From the NCBI GenBank assembly GCA_023213395.1, contig CM041465.1, forward strand, positions 71,369,741-71,433,740: a stretch of DNA of 64,000 nucleotides, read 5' to 3'. The notes beneath the pieces are model-generated. The model saw only the letters and a program-made list of their open reading frames with translations. It did no database searches and was not told the origin of the DNA. Source of the stretch: Cycas panzhihuaensis. Lineage: Eukaryota > Plantae > Cycadophyta. This document shows, piece after piece, positions 12,934-26,830 of the stretch. Every line of letters starts with the position of its first letter. Position 1 is the stretch's first letter. Made by a program: the position numbers and the translations under genes.

Positions 12934-15900
12934 TATTAGAATTAGGAATGTAATAATCACATCAAACCCTAATGGTGAGTAACAAAAAGATAAAGTATGT
13001 ACAAAATAGATACCATGTTGGAGAATTGGCCAAAGCTCAATTATGAACAAAGGAGAGTAAATACTTATAGTACAAGCTCGCCACTAGTGAGAGAACCCCA
13101 TTGGACTACTTAGAGGTGGTACATATATCAAGGTGGCCCACAACTTTAATATAAAATATAATAAAGAGAGAGAGTTTATATAAGACTAATGTAATTGGGT
13201 ATTACACCCACATCCCCCCTTGTAATAGTCAATTACATAAATATCATCACATTAATGATAAGCTCGAGTCTTCAAAAATATGATGGATCACAAATGCTGC
13301 TGCACATAACAAAGAAGTTACTGAAGTCTATACGAAGTGGAGTCCATCTACTAGAATGCATGGGTCATCAGTTGTTGCAACTGCCAATTAGATAGGAACT
13401 CCCTTTGTGTACGTGGATCAATCAAGAGCTGGTAAGAGTAGTTGAATAAGGTCACATCCCTTGCTCATATGGGAGTGTAAGCAGAAAAAATAAAATAAAA
13501 TAAAATAAAATTATATATATATATCTATATATATATAAAGCACATGGCACATAGAACATGGTAGGCAAGAGTAGCTTTTAAAGTGTGTCCTACCTCTTAC
13601 TTAATAGGACTAGCACTTCTTCAGAATCTAATAGCCAGAAATACAATGGCACTATGGCCTCAAATATACCACATGGGCTAAAAGACACCTCGTTGGGCTA
13701 ACAACTTACCACCATGGGCAAAATAACCAGCATTAAAGGTTCTTATATGATTGAAAAAAGATATGTGATGTGAGTAGCACATATGACTCTCTCTCATAAA
13801 TTAAGTACAATATGAATATAATGGGTTCTTTAAGAGCTAAAAATAAGACCATGGTACATGTTATCCCCCCCATTTGGGGTACATTACATCAAAAAGCCTC
13901 GAAAATGTAATATGTGCCTTTAGAAGCTGAAAAAAATGAAGACAAATAGCAACTTATGATTTTGAATGACACAATCACCATGAAAATAGCTCCAAAATGT
14001 GTCAAATGACTTATCAAATAAAAGGTCTTTCTATTACGAATCCAACGCAATAGACAAGACTGAAAACTAAGTTCCTAATCTCAAGATATAAACAAAAATG
14101 TGATTGATACTCCAAAAAAAGATAAAATTAGGCATTGATCCCCTTTAGCTATCAAGTTGAAGGTCATGAGAGCCCACCATATGTCTAGGGGCTAAGAGGA
14201 AAAGGGGTTGCGAACCTAAAATCATAATCCAATCTAATTAAATTTAGATTTTCAAATGGAAGAAAATAAACCCTTTGTTAAAGAATATAACATCCGCCAA
14301 TTAATAACATATGCCAAGATATAATAATATAAAAAAATTAGGGTTCTGCCCAAAATTTAATTTTTCAAGCTGCTGCTACCATTGCTATGTAGGCTTGTAG
14401 AGGTTCTTCGAGCAGAGAAGAGGTTCCATTATTGCGTAGGGAGCCATTTTGTACAGATTCGCCATTACATCTATCTCATGTTGTTCGTGTTAGAGGGGCA
14501 ACCACCGTTAATGAAGTATCACCATGGGTATGTTAAGGAGGCTCGACTGCCATCATTTTCTCTGATCAATCAATATCTCCTAGCCTAACTCTTATACATA
14601 TCTCTCCTTTTCAGTTGCTTTATTGGCTTCATTACAATGGGCAAAAATTGCTTCTTCAAATAAGGAGCAAGGGCAAGAGCATCAATTGATATTAATCCTT
14701 TGTTTCTCTAGACTCAAAGAGTAATAACAATGCTAGGAACAGTCATCCATGATTATTTGTAGGTCTGCACTATTGATAATTACTGAGTTCTGATAGGGTT
14801 TTTACAGGGTGCCACTAAGTGAATCGCCATGGATATGTAGTAAATGGGCAAGGAATGGCATTTTCTCCATCCAGATGAAGTCGTGGTTACAGATGATTGG
14901 AGAGGTTTGGCAAAATATTTTTTATATGAGTTTTGTCTAGCAGAAGAACATTGTTACCACATGCAATACTCGGAGATGGACTTGTCCTGATAATAAAGGA
15001 TGTATGCACTAAGAACATAAGAGGCGAAGTACCATAAATGTATAGATCTACAAGTCCACCATGAAGGGTGGAGTCCCTGGGATCTTTATAGGGTAAACGG
15101 CCACACAAGCCACTTAAAATATCTTTAGACATTTGTAATGTGAGATCTTTCTTAGCATGATGCTTCTTATGGCTAGATGCAGTCATGAGGAAATAAACAG
15201 ACATCCCCATGATTATCATACACAATAGAACTATTCCTATGATAAGAAAGACCTTGGAATTTTTAGCGGCCAAGGAATGGGACTTAATGTTGTCTAGTAT
15301 TAATTTAATAAATACCATCTTCTCTTTATTGGGAACCAGTATACAAATCTCAGTATTCCATGGTCGACACGACTTGATAAAATCAATAAACTGCTTGAAT
15401 GACAAATCCATCCCTTCTACAATCACAATTTAGATATCGATCACTCAAAACTATTGAAAGCTGCCAACAAGTACTAGATATGACATAGAAACCATCACTC
15501 AGCATCTTGTGAGACATACCATCTATCCACAGATCTGGGAACACCCCCCTTCTTTTTTTTTTTCTTTTCAAATATATATAAGACAGAGGCCAAATTGTGA
15601 AGGCCATACATATAATTTTTTGACTTTTTCAATAAAATAAGCCACAAAAAAAGGAGTATATATAAGCAAAAATAGGATATGAACTTTATCCATCTATAGA
15701 TCTATAAAAAAAAGATTTTGAAATAGAGTCATTCCTAGCCAAGAAGGACTCTCTTAACTACTGTCAAAGATCTTGGTTGCATTCTTGTCCACTAACGTGC
15801 AACGAAGATGGTCTTCTAATAATTAGAATATGAACATGAGATTTTGTGGACTTTCACCTACATGTAAATTTACTATGGTACCACATGTGGAGAAGATGTC

Positions 15901-16457
15901 CACTTGACCAGCATCAACATGCTTCAAACAACTACAAAACTTCAAAATGAGCTTGAAAACAACCTCTCACCAACATCAAAATAACCCTTCAAAACTTGGT
16001 AATAGTCCTATAACAAAATATGCATCAAATATAACTTGAAATAATCTTTAACTTGACAAAGTCACCAAATAGGCACATCAAAAAATTTACAAGGCTTGAA
16101 AGCTCAAAAACAAGGATAACATGTACTAGGGTTTATAAGAAATGCCTCTAAGGATTGAACCTTGGGCTCTGATACCATGTTAGAATTAGGAATGTAATAA
16201 TCACATCAAACCCTAATGGTGAGTAACAAAAAGATGAAGTATGTACAAAATAGACACCATGTTGGAGAATTGGTCTAAATTTAATTATAAATAAAGAAGA
16301 GTACATACTTATAGTACAAGCTCACCACTAGTGAGAGAACCCCATTGGACTACTTAGAGGTGGCACACATATCAAGGTGGCCCACAACTCTAATATAAAA
16401 TACAATAAATAGAGAGAGTTTACATAAGGTTAATGTAATTGGGTATTATACCCAACA
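12934..16457 (-). mobile_element. Non-autonomous LTR element (E2, TRIM/LARD-like) with a mosaic cargo region
   Basis: LTRs 12934-13212 and 16178-16457 (about 23 differences in 280 nt); TSD CCTAT/CCTGT; PBS complement GCTCTGATACCA 16166-16177; PPT complement TCCCCCCT at 13213; no gag-pol motifs. Confidence 0.92.
15064..15273 (-). pseudogene. Probable captured N-terminus of a membrane-anchored pectin methylesterase/PMEI-type protein
   Basis: In ORF 14887-15426: K-rich lead, TM helix (VFLIIGIVLLCMIIMGMSVYFL), linker, then ILSGLCGRLPYKD resembling the first PMEI helix (C...PY.D); the second Cys is not present. Confidence 0.42.
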
Positions 16458-16698
16458 CCTGTAACCATTTAAGATAGAGAAATATGAAGAGAAATAAAAT
16501 AAAGAAAAAATAAAGGTTCAAAAGAACATTCATTAATATAATATCATATTATATCATATCATCATCACAATAGAGTGGGGTATATATAACACTCAATCCC
16601 TCATTATTATATTCTTATCTTTGTGTCAATTGATCCTATTAATATTCATATAATGGAGGGTCATAACCCTCTCTAACATGGGATGAAGTCTTACCGTA

Positions 16699-17468
16699 TT
16701 ATTCCAAGAGTTAGGCAGAGCTATAATCTAGTATAATGTACCATCCTAAGATGGATGGGCAAATGGAGATAGTGAACTAGATGTTGGAAGACCTACTCAA
16801 GATATATACCATAGAACAACTAAAAAATTATGAGAACTACTTGTATTTAGTAGAGTTTGCTTATAGTAATCTTATTCACTCTTTTATAGGTATAAGTCCC
16901 TTTAAAACGCTATATAATAGGAAGCATAACATGTCCCTAAGTTGGGAGAACTTGGAGGATATGCACACTTTGGGTTTAGATATATTATAAGAGATGGAAA
17001 AGCAAGTGGTTAACATAAAGTAATAATTAAAGATAGCTTAGGATATATAGAAGAGCTATGTAGATATGAAGTGGATGATCAAAGAGTTTAAAGTTGCTAA
17101 GCATGTCCTTTTAAAAGTGAGACTTAGACATAGTTTTATAAGCTTGGGAACATACAAAAAGATTATAACAAGGTATTATTTCCCTTTTGAGATATTAGAA
17201 AGCATAAGTTCAATTGTGTACAAGCTTGCACTACCACCAAACATACAAGACTAAGTTTAGAATTTGAAGAGAAACCTTTTAGAATTTTAAACAACAAAGA
17301 AAAGCTATTAAAAAATAGATCTATTAGGCAAGTAAATGTGTAGTGGTAATATTTGACACGAGAAGAGGCCACTTGGGAAGTTGAGGATGACATGATATAA
17401 TAATATCTAGAGTTATTTTTAGCAAGGTAAACCACATTAGGATGATCCTTTCTTTAAGGGAATAAGGA
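16699..17468 (+). pseudogene. Gypsy integrase C-terminal part plus chromodomain (chromovirus), followed by PPT
   Basis: YHP.MDGQMEIVN*MLEDLL, VEFAYSN...SPFKTLY, GPF-like YYFPFEILE..VYKLALP, W...TREEATWEVE; purine tract AAGGGAATAAGGA about 17456-17468. Confidence 0.85.
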
Positions 17469-20400
17469 TTTAAGGAACCAACCCTAACGTGACTAATCAA
17501 TAACTTAAGCTCCTAATCCTTTTGATAGGCTATCAACTATGTGCACATGTAACTATATTTTCTTTTCTTCTCCTTATATTTAGAAGTAAATATAAACACT
17601 TATTATGTACTATTTATATTTATTGTTCACCCTATATAAGGTGGAAGCTAATTTGAAGCTCCACCTATGAGGGTGTACTACTCATTTCCTTGCTTATTCT
17701 TGTAAGATGGAAGCTTATTTCACATACTCTACTAGGTACTAGTATATATTATTTTATGTCTCTTGATAGGTAGTTATTTATGTTGTATTATGTTATAGGG
17801 TGTTGGGTAATTACACTAATACTTACATAATGTAATTCTTATTTTATTGTGGCCCACATCAGCATATAAGCCAACTAAATCACTTCTAAAGGGAAGTTTA
17901 TACAGGAGAGTAAATGATATGAATGAAGGAGGAATATAGGGGTGGGAATAATTGAAGGGGTAGCAATAAACACAAGACTAAAATCTAAAAGAGAATACTT
18001 TAGGAAATGATGAGTTTAGTTGGTTGATACGATATATAGCAAAAGATTCCACTAAGTGAAATGATGTAATTTAGGCTTTCCATTGACTACTGGATCATTG
18101 AAAATGGAGTTATAAGTGAGAAGTTATAAAGGTTAAAAGTGATTCTATAGGATGAAAGTTACTAAATGTGGGGCTTGTTCATAATTTTACAAGTGGGAAA
18201 ATGAATGTGATCATTCGAGCATGTAATTTTGAAATCACAAAATGTAGGGGTTGAATACAAAGGAGAGAGTATAGAGCCACACAATAAAGGGAATTAACCT
18301 AAAACCCCACAAATGATTGAATGAAGGGCACTTAACATTGTCAATGCAAAATATAAAAGAGGAATGCTCACAAACCTACAAATGAGCCTTTGAGTGTTAT
18401 ATACTCACCACAAAGATTATGAAGTTATGCAAATAAAGGGCTAGTTAATAAAGTTACATAAAAAAATCATAACTCCTATATTAAATGTTAAAATATTTCA
18501 AACTATTTATATTCAAATAAAATCAATGCCATCTTGACGCTTAAATAATCAATAATCACATAAAAAGTCTCCACAAGGAGATATGCTTGGGACAAGAAGT
18601 AGTATGCAGTTAATAGTTAGGACTAAGAGCCATTTTTAGCAACCATTTTATACATTATTCTAGCCACTAAGTTCCAACACTATTGCCTAACTCTAATGAC
18701 CTTATGGCATAGAGATGAAGGGAAAAAAAGATAAAAAGTATATAAAAGAGAATACATGTAAGGAAAACAAGAATGTGAGAGAAATTGAAAGGTGGATTTA
18801 GAGGAGATCTTGTAGGAGATTGATAAGAAAAACACATTAGCTTGTATTGCAAAGGCACAATATAGTTTTGGATGATAGTTTCATATCTAGGTGAGCACTA
18901 TTACACCTATGAAGGGGTATAATTTAATTTTATCATACGTATGTATGAGAGAATTATAACTTTAATCTCATTGAACAATCATTGTTGATGCAAAACTATA
19001 ATATAAGATAAGATATTAGGTTGGTTGCTCCCTTATACTCTAATTATTTGGTATGTAAAGGCATTGAGCTAGTTGTTCCTCTTATTGATTGTTTTATAAT
19101 CAAGGATATTGAGTTAGTTGCTCCCTTTATTCTTGCTTTAAGCATTGAGATAAGGCCTATTATATATGGATTTACACCCTTATTATTGATGAGTTGTGTG
19201 GTATGATACACATAATTATTCAAATGAGTTAACAGTGAGAACCTATTTAGGATTATTAATATATATAAGGGATAATGATGGTGGTCTAATAATATTAAAT
19301 TAATAAGTACCTATAGGTAGTATGATGTTTTTGGTCTTATCTTGATAAATGATTAAAGTGTATAAGGAGATATATGTACATAATAGTGAATGTTTATAAT
19401 AGTAGCCAGTAAGGCATCTTTGATAGGATAGCTTAATAAAAAGGGTTATGTGAAGAGTGAACAAACAATACTCCTATATTTATATCATATGTTCTAGTTT
19501 GGAAGAACTTTCCTATGTAGAACTATGAATGGTTGGGAGGAGAATCCTTTAGTTGTAATTTGATTGGATGCCTTTTTTTCCTTATTTATATCTCTGGTAT
19601 ATTGCTCTAATACATTGTTTTTATGACAAAAACTATGTTGCAATATTTTGTAACTCTTATATAAATTTTTAGTAATAAGGGGAATTATTGCTTACAAATA
19701 TTAAGAATCTTTATGGCTTGGATTTATTAATTTGCTTGGGTATAATTTTCTTATGCATTAATCATATAATAGCCTTAAAAAATTCAACTTAAGTACATAT
19801 TTGGGTGCTAAACATAACCAATTTTTTTAATTTGATAGTTGTTGAGGCTAAGACATCTATAAGTAAGACTTATTATGGCAACTAGGATGGGCTATTACTA
19901 CTTACAACCTCTTAATATGATGCTTCTTGAGATTTTTAAAAGTAAAAGGAAAATAGGAGAGGAGGGGGATGTTTTAAATAGAGAGCTTTATCTTCTATAA
20001 AAGAGATTTAGTAGAGAAACCTATTGGCAATTATTCATTTTAGGCAAATCTTATTAAGCACACATATCCCAAAGATGTAAGATCATACAATATACTAAAA
20101 GATGATCTCATGGAGGTGAGATGAATGCAAAGTAACCCTCTCCTAGAGGATAGGTGATTGATTGTCTAAGAAATATTGGCCATGTTGGATATTTGTATTA
20201 CTTGACTATATTTATAATAGTATAGGTTATAGAGTTTTTTAAGTTTTGTTATTTATTTAGTTGTAGAGAATATCTAAAGGAGAATATTAATGTATATAGC
20301 ATTTTAGATTTGAATCCATATAATTGAAATTATATTTATTCAATGTTTTATTATGAAAACATGTCTTTCTTAAAGATTATATATTTGAATGTTTATTATT

Positions 20401-23400
20401 TATTTGATATTCATATGCTACATTGAGTTAGAGAGATTCCCATAAAGAGAAAACATCCTATTAGGAAAGACTTTGTTCATAGGAACCCTGATTTGATTGT
20501 AACTATGAACAAAGATAGATCATAGATTAGCAAGGAGGTCTACCTCAATTAATATTAGAGATAAACATTATTGTGAATCTTTGTTGATGAAGAGATTTAT
20601 GTATAGATGGCTAAAAGGATATGTAAAGGTGGATTAACAATAACTCTAGAGGAAAGAATTTAAGAGCTAGAGCAAAAAAATGAGTAAAGTGGTAGTGATA
20701 GAGGTTAGATACCACCAAGAATTTCTAGTAATCTAATGAAGATATTAAAAGAAATCTTAAGGGAGAACAAGAGAAGATCCATAAAATAGATGCCCGAAGT
20801 TTTAGAGAAAAAAATAAAAGCAAAGAAGCTTATGGATTAGATCAACAATGTTGAAAGATACTTTTAAGTGTAAAGATTTAAGGAATGTAAAGTTTTCCAA
20901 CATGAGGTTGACTAGCCATGCTACAATTTATTAGGAATATTCATGAAAATAGAGGGTTAATGATGATAAAGGAAAGGTGAAGATATAGAGCTCCATGAAG
21001 GCTAAGATCTAGAGGAAATTTCTTTTTATTTGGTATGAGTAGGAGTTATTTATATAATAAATTATAAGTCAAAAGGGGAAGAGTATACAAAAGTACACCA
21101 ACAAATTACAAGTTGTCCATTATAAGTGGACATGAAGATAATGAGGAGTGACAAGTTGCTAGATACTTGAATGGCTTGAAGTTCATAATTGAGGATGAGT
21201 CACTTTTACTCAACATGCAAATAATCGAGGATGCCTATTAATTAGCTTTAAATGTGGAAGAGAAGAGTTCCAAAAGAATTGAAGAAGGACACCCATGGTA
21301 AGGATGGATGAAAGTCTTATGTAGAGGCTAAGAGAGATAGGAGATTCCTAGAGGGATGAAAGAAAGTAGAGGTCTTAATCCTAGTTATTCTAAAGATAAA
21401 ATTAGAGGAGATGAATCCCAAGGAGCACATCATGGATTTGGATTTTATAAGTTAAAGTAGAGACAAATAAACCCTTGTTGTCCAATGAATTTACTAGAAT
21501 AGGCCATTGAAGTGTTGGAAATGTATTGGATATCTTAAGTAAATAAATTGCCTTATGAATCTAAAGGCCAAAGGAAAGGCCATGATGATTAAAGAAGAAG
21601 GTGATTCTTTAGGAGAGACTAGTGGTGCAAGAACTAATGTTAAAAAAGGAGAGTGTTTGCTAATATAGAAAAACATAATGCTAAATCATAGGGAAATTTC
21701 TAAGGAGAATTAGAAGAGGTAAAATATTTTTTTTACTAAGTGTAAGTGCAAAGATAAAATGGTGTAAAAGTTGAAAATCCCTTATTTTCCAAAATAATAC
21801 CCATATAAGAATTCTTAGCTTCAAAAAAAGCATAGTTTAGTCATATGAAAAGCTCATATTATGGATTTTCATAGAGGATAGGTTGTGGATAGGGTCTAAT
21901 GTGATATGGTTCTCATGGATGTATGCCATTTGTTATTGGGGAGACCATGGTTGCATGATAGGAAGGTCATCCATGATGGAAGGAATACTTATGCATTATT
22001 CAGAATGATAAGAAATATTCATTACTATCTTAGAAGGAGAAATAGGAGGAACAATTAATTACCGCCATATCACTTTTCAATTAAAAGGAATCCATTATGG
22101 AGGATAAGGTTATGTTAATTGATAATACAAGCATTGAAGTTGTCAAGGTCATGTGCCACATGAATGCACTATTGATAACAAATAAGGGTATTTATAGAGA
22201 TGATTATTGAGTGGATGCCAAGTGGCAAGTGAGAATGGCAATAGAGTTGCTACTACTATAATGGTTAATAGTTCACATAAGAGGCATAATATTTTATAGA
22301 AGAAGACCAATTCTAGTGAGAGACAAGAATCCTCATTACATCTTGAGGTTTTTAATGAGAGTAGTATAGAGGAAACCCATACTAAGTCAATCAAATGGAA
22401 GAAGAATTCTACTAATAAGAATGAGTAGAAACCTTATAAACTAGTTGGCTAAGGAGTTATTAGCACTTCAGTTATAAAGTATTCAACTCAATAGTTTAGA
22501 AGGAAGTTTACACAAATGGGGATTGAGAAGGATGAGTAGTTTTAGAAGGTGAGATACCTAAATCATAAAAACTTTTAACTATAGGAATAAGCTAAAGAAG
22601 AGGGATGGCATAAATGAGTATTACAAATAGATGTAGTATATGAAGCATAAGTGTTAGGACTATAGTTTATGGATGAAGAAGAGGTAAGCTTAATAAAAAG
22701 CCTTGGAGAGAAGGATGATAGCCTGAGAGGTAAATTTAAGTAAAGAGTTGATGAATCATTATGCTACTAGAGGGTTGTAAAAGTAAAAAAAAGACATGCT
22801 CAACTTAGAGGGGTCCACTTTTTTAAAAAAATAGGACATTGAGGTAGGAGTATTACTCTCCTTTATTTTTTCATCATTAAAATTGAGTAGGGACTTGAAA
22901 CCATGGTTTTGGAGTTTACAAGTCTACAAAGTTATAGTCATTTTAAATATCTATGGACATTATGATAAATTAAAAGAATTTGTTTTCTAAATAAAGCTTG
23001 CTGAGAACATTCTAATGAGCTTGAGAAATTGAGAATCAACCTTGTGGATGAAAAATTATAGGTATATAAAGTTTAAGGTTTTATAGTTTACAAAGGTAAC
23101 AATTTACAAATTATCCTCATGTAAAAGGTGAGAGGATTTTATGAGATTTATAACAAAATTTAGTTTACTAGGTGTTGGACCAAATTGTAGAGTTTTGGTC
23201 CATGTAATAATGGAATGCTAAGAATTGAATGAGAAGATGACACATGACGCAGGGTTATAGTTTAGAGAAGACTACAAGGTATAAGAAGATTCTAAGTATT
23301 TTGGAGGAGAAGTGTTAACTCTTGATAAGTTGGAGAAAAATCAAAATCCATAAAGTGGAGAAGAATGAAGTCATAAAGACTTTATCCATGAAGGAGTTGA

Positions 23401-24769
23401 TTTTGTAGATTTATGGAAGTTAAAACGTTAAGAGAGGGGACATTCCATAGGGTATAAGACTACAAACGGAAAAGGTTTGTAAAGAGAGTAAATTCACATT
23501 TATGTGCTTCACATAGAATTGGAAATCTAGGGAAGCTAAGAAGTGTTGTCTTTCATAAAGTGGTGGAGTGCAAAAATATGAAATAAGTGAATTCTCAAAG
23601 GGAGTTATTTTGTGTTTTCATACACGTTGGGAAAGTCACCAATTTAAGTTTCCACAAAGTAAAGGTCTATAAAGACAAATTATCAAGTGGTAAATAATAA
23701 AGCCAAAAGGCACAAAGGAACTAGAGGTTTGAAAGATAGTAAGATATATGAAGTTGCAAAGTTCATGGGAGGAGTGAATTAATGGATTCATAAATATTGT
23801 AAAAGCTCAAGATAACTAATGCAAAGTAAGAGTTTGCAAAGTTATGAAAGGTGGAAACTATGATATTCACAATAAAAGTAAAATTGAACTTCACAAATAT
23901 TGAAAAGTTATGGAATATAAAAAACTATAAAGTAAGAGTTTATAAACCGGTGAAGTATAAATAATGGGAGGAGATAAAAATCATGAAAAAATAAAAGCAT
24001 GATGAAATAGATTTCTCTATAAATGATGACTTTTGATAGCTACAAAATCTAGTTAGTTATAACTTCTTCATAATAATCACATGTTGGCGGTTACAACCCC
24101 TTGATGGTGATACTTCTTAAAAATCTTAAAAGTGGAAGGAAAATAAGAGAGAAGGGGGAGTTTTTGGATAGAGAGGTCTATTTTTTATAGAAGAGATTAA
24201 GTAGAGAAACCTATTGGTCATTATTTACTCTAAGCAAAGGGCTATTAAACATGCAAATCCCATAGAGATAAGAATGCATCTTGTAACAAAAGTTGATCTC
24301 ATAGAGGTAAGACAAGTCTAAAGTAATTATGTTACTAGAGAATAATGCGTGCTCTCCCCTTAATTTCAACAAAACTCAAGTAATAAGAGAACACACATGA
24401 GAATGACAATTATATTATGAAGACAACATGCTTATATTACCAACACATAAGCATAAGTATAACACACAATAAATTAAGGTAAACCTTTATTACTAATAAG
24501 GGGATTATACTAACCTAAGAAGGGTTAGGCATATGCCTAAACTACAATAATTAAAGAACCCTTAACCCAATATGCAATGAGAGGAAGAAGGGAGGGAAAG
24601 CCTAATGCACTCTTATGTATCCACCGTATGCATCCAATGTTCTTTTATAATCTTTCCTCCTAACTATTTTCTAACTAACTTCCAACTAATTCTTAGCTAA
24701 ATCATTAGTAATAATTTATTAACATTAATAACAATTATATTATCTATCATAATTATGATCTAGGGTCCC

Positions 24770-25155
24770 AGTCATGCTCTAATTATGACTTGATCATAGT
24801 TGTGCTTTAATTACAACTTGGTTACACTTATTGTTATAATTATGACTCAGTTGCACTTATTGTTGTGATTGTGACCCAGTCATACTTATGTTATGATTAC
24901 AACCTGATCACACTTATGCTATGATTGTGACCTGGTAATACTTACTACTATAATTATAACCTAATCACACTTATACTCTGATTATGACTCGATCGTACTT
25001 GCTACTATGATGATAACCTGGTTGTACTTGTGCTCTGATTGCAACTTAGTCACACTTATTATTATGATTACGACCTAGTCTCACTTACTACTATGATTAT
25101 GACCTAGCTGCACTTGTGACTATAATCATGATCTAGTTGCACTTGCAACTACAAT
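24770..25155. repeat. Degenerate tandem repeat of about 30-32 bp inside the E5 LTR (CTTACTACTATGATTATGACCTAGTCACA-like)
   Basis: About a dozen visible copies; the same array occurs in the other LTR. Confidence 0.85.
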
Positions 25156-26514
25156 TTTTTCAAACTTCACTTATGCTTTTTCAATCATCCTTTGGTCACG
25201 ACTTAACAAATCTATGTACATTTTCACCTGCACATATCTTCCCTATTATAAAATCAATGAGTGTCCTCATTTGTTCTAAAGTTTTAAAATTTTTCTAAAT
25301 CATTCAACTCCCCAAAAATTTTAAAATCAACAATATTTTGATACATAAGTGATCATATTTTTTCAACAAGCCTTATCATAATGATGTTAGAGCTTGACTA
25401 TGATCTGCTAAGACAACTTTTAATGGTATAGTTCTCCCCTTGGGTTGTCTATCTCCTCTTGATGTATCCTATTTTTTAATATTCTACATAGCTGTGTCTT
25501 TCTACTTTTCTTATTCTACCTACTTTTCTATATCATCTTTTACAAAGTCATCTGTTTTCTTTTTTCCTTTTTCTTTTTATTTACTCAACTACTTCATTAG
25601 GTCCCTTGTATATACCATCTATTACATAACAGAACAACCATAGCATAACTAACAACATCATCATTATACAAAAGACTAAATAAATCATGGTCATATTGAA
25701 TACATTTCTACACTTTCCATAATAAGGATGAAGTCTATATGAGGTCACAAACATCAATTAGAACTTATGGGTAACTAGCCACTATGTTTGCCAGTCACTA
25801 AAACATCCCTTAGATACATAGTTTATCATCCTATCAACTTGAAGTCTATATAAGACATAACTGTCTATTTTAGCTTATAGGTAACTAACCATTGATCCTA
25901 CTAGTTGCTAGGATGTCCCTTGTATACCTAATTTATTAACATTGACTGAAATCTTAATCTTAGGGTTATAATGTTGTAGAATAAACCTATTATTACTAGA
26001 AGCTTATACAATCATTACTACTAGAAGTTATTATTATACTTAATACTACCATTAGAATCCTATCGTGGACAAGAAAAAAACCTTAGAAAATTTGAGATTA
26101 AAAAAACTTTCCCACAGTTACCTTATATACCTATACTATAGAAGTGCATTCCCCTTTTATCTTATACCTTTTAACATCTATATCTTATGTGCTATACTGT
26201 AAATCAATATTGGGTTATTATGATAATTTTGATGTGTGTCCATATCATACCTCACCCTTACTTGGCATTTAACCCATTCATGTCTAAGTGTAAAAAAGTA
26301 TTAGATGTTTGGTTGGTTAGGCCTATACCTAGAAACAACATTCAACTAGCCATGTATAATAAAGTTCCAAGTCATATCCCAATAGATGCTTAGAAAAAGA
26401 AAAGCATAAGTATTCAACGTTGATCAAATATTACACTATACTTAAATCACTCCCTAGGATGCTATTAATCCATTATTTAGTCTTAATTCTTGATTCTTTA
26501 AGACCAACCACTTG

Positions 26515-26830
26515 AAAAGAACTAAAATAATTAAGACATCTAGAAAGCTTCATGTCTTCTTAGTAAGTAAACTAAAATTCTAGAATTATTTGCTAGAATT
26601 CTAAGTATCATCTATTGAAATTCTTCTATAGTTCTAAGCATTATCTACTAAAATTCTATAAAATATTATCTTTTATAATTTGTTATATTTATGAATATTA
26701 TTTGCTAAAAATTTATTAAGTATTATTTGCTAAAATTCTACTACATATCTTAGTATTATCTGCTAGAATTTTGAACATAGTCTATTGTAGATTTAAACAT
26801 TATCTACTAGAATTTTAAACATGGTTTACT
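26515..26830. repeat. Degenerate tandem repeat of about 22 bp (AATTCTAAGTATTATCTACTAG-like) inside E5
   Basis: Recurrent AATTCT...TATTAT(C/T)T(A/G)CTA(G/A) units. Confidence 0.7.

Larger units (their letters stand above)
11127..16698 (-). mobile_element. Non-autonomous LTR element (E3) inserted in the Gypsy integrase; its 5' LTR is split by E2
   Basis: LTR 11127-11365 matches 12914-12933 plus 16458-16698; TSD TTATT at 11122-11126 and 16699-16703; decayed PBS GCTTTGATATTA about 12900; PPT complement CCCTCTCCCC about 11368; no recognisable pol inside. Confidence 0.8.

Noticed and set aside
17469-19814. LTR-like pieces (chromovirus 3' LTR, an E2-like fragment at about 17800, and a long LTR ending TGCTAAACA)
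   Set aside because: Likely real, but there are no partner copies or TSDs in the window to set boundaries.
24770-25155. Regularly spaced repeats of about 30 bp resembling a CRISPR array
   Set aside because: Units are head-to-tail without unique spacers, duplicated in both LTRs, with no cas genes, in a eukaryotic context.
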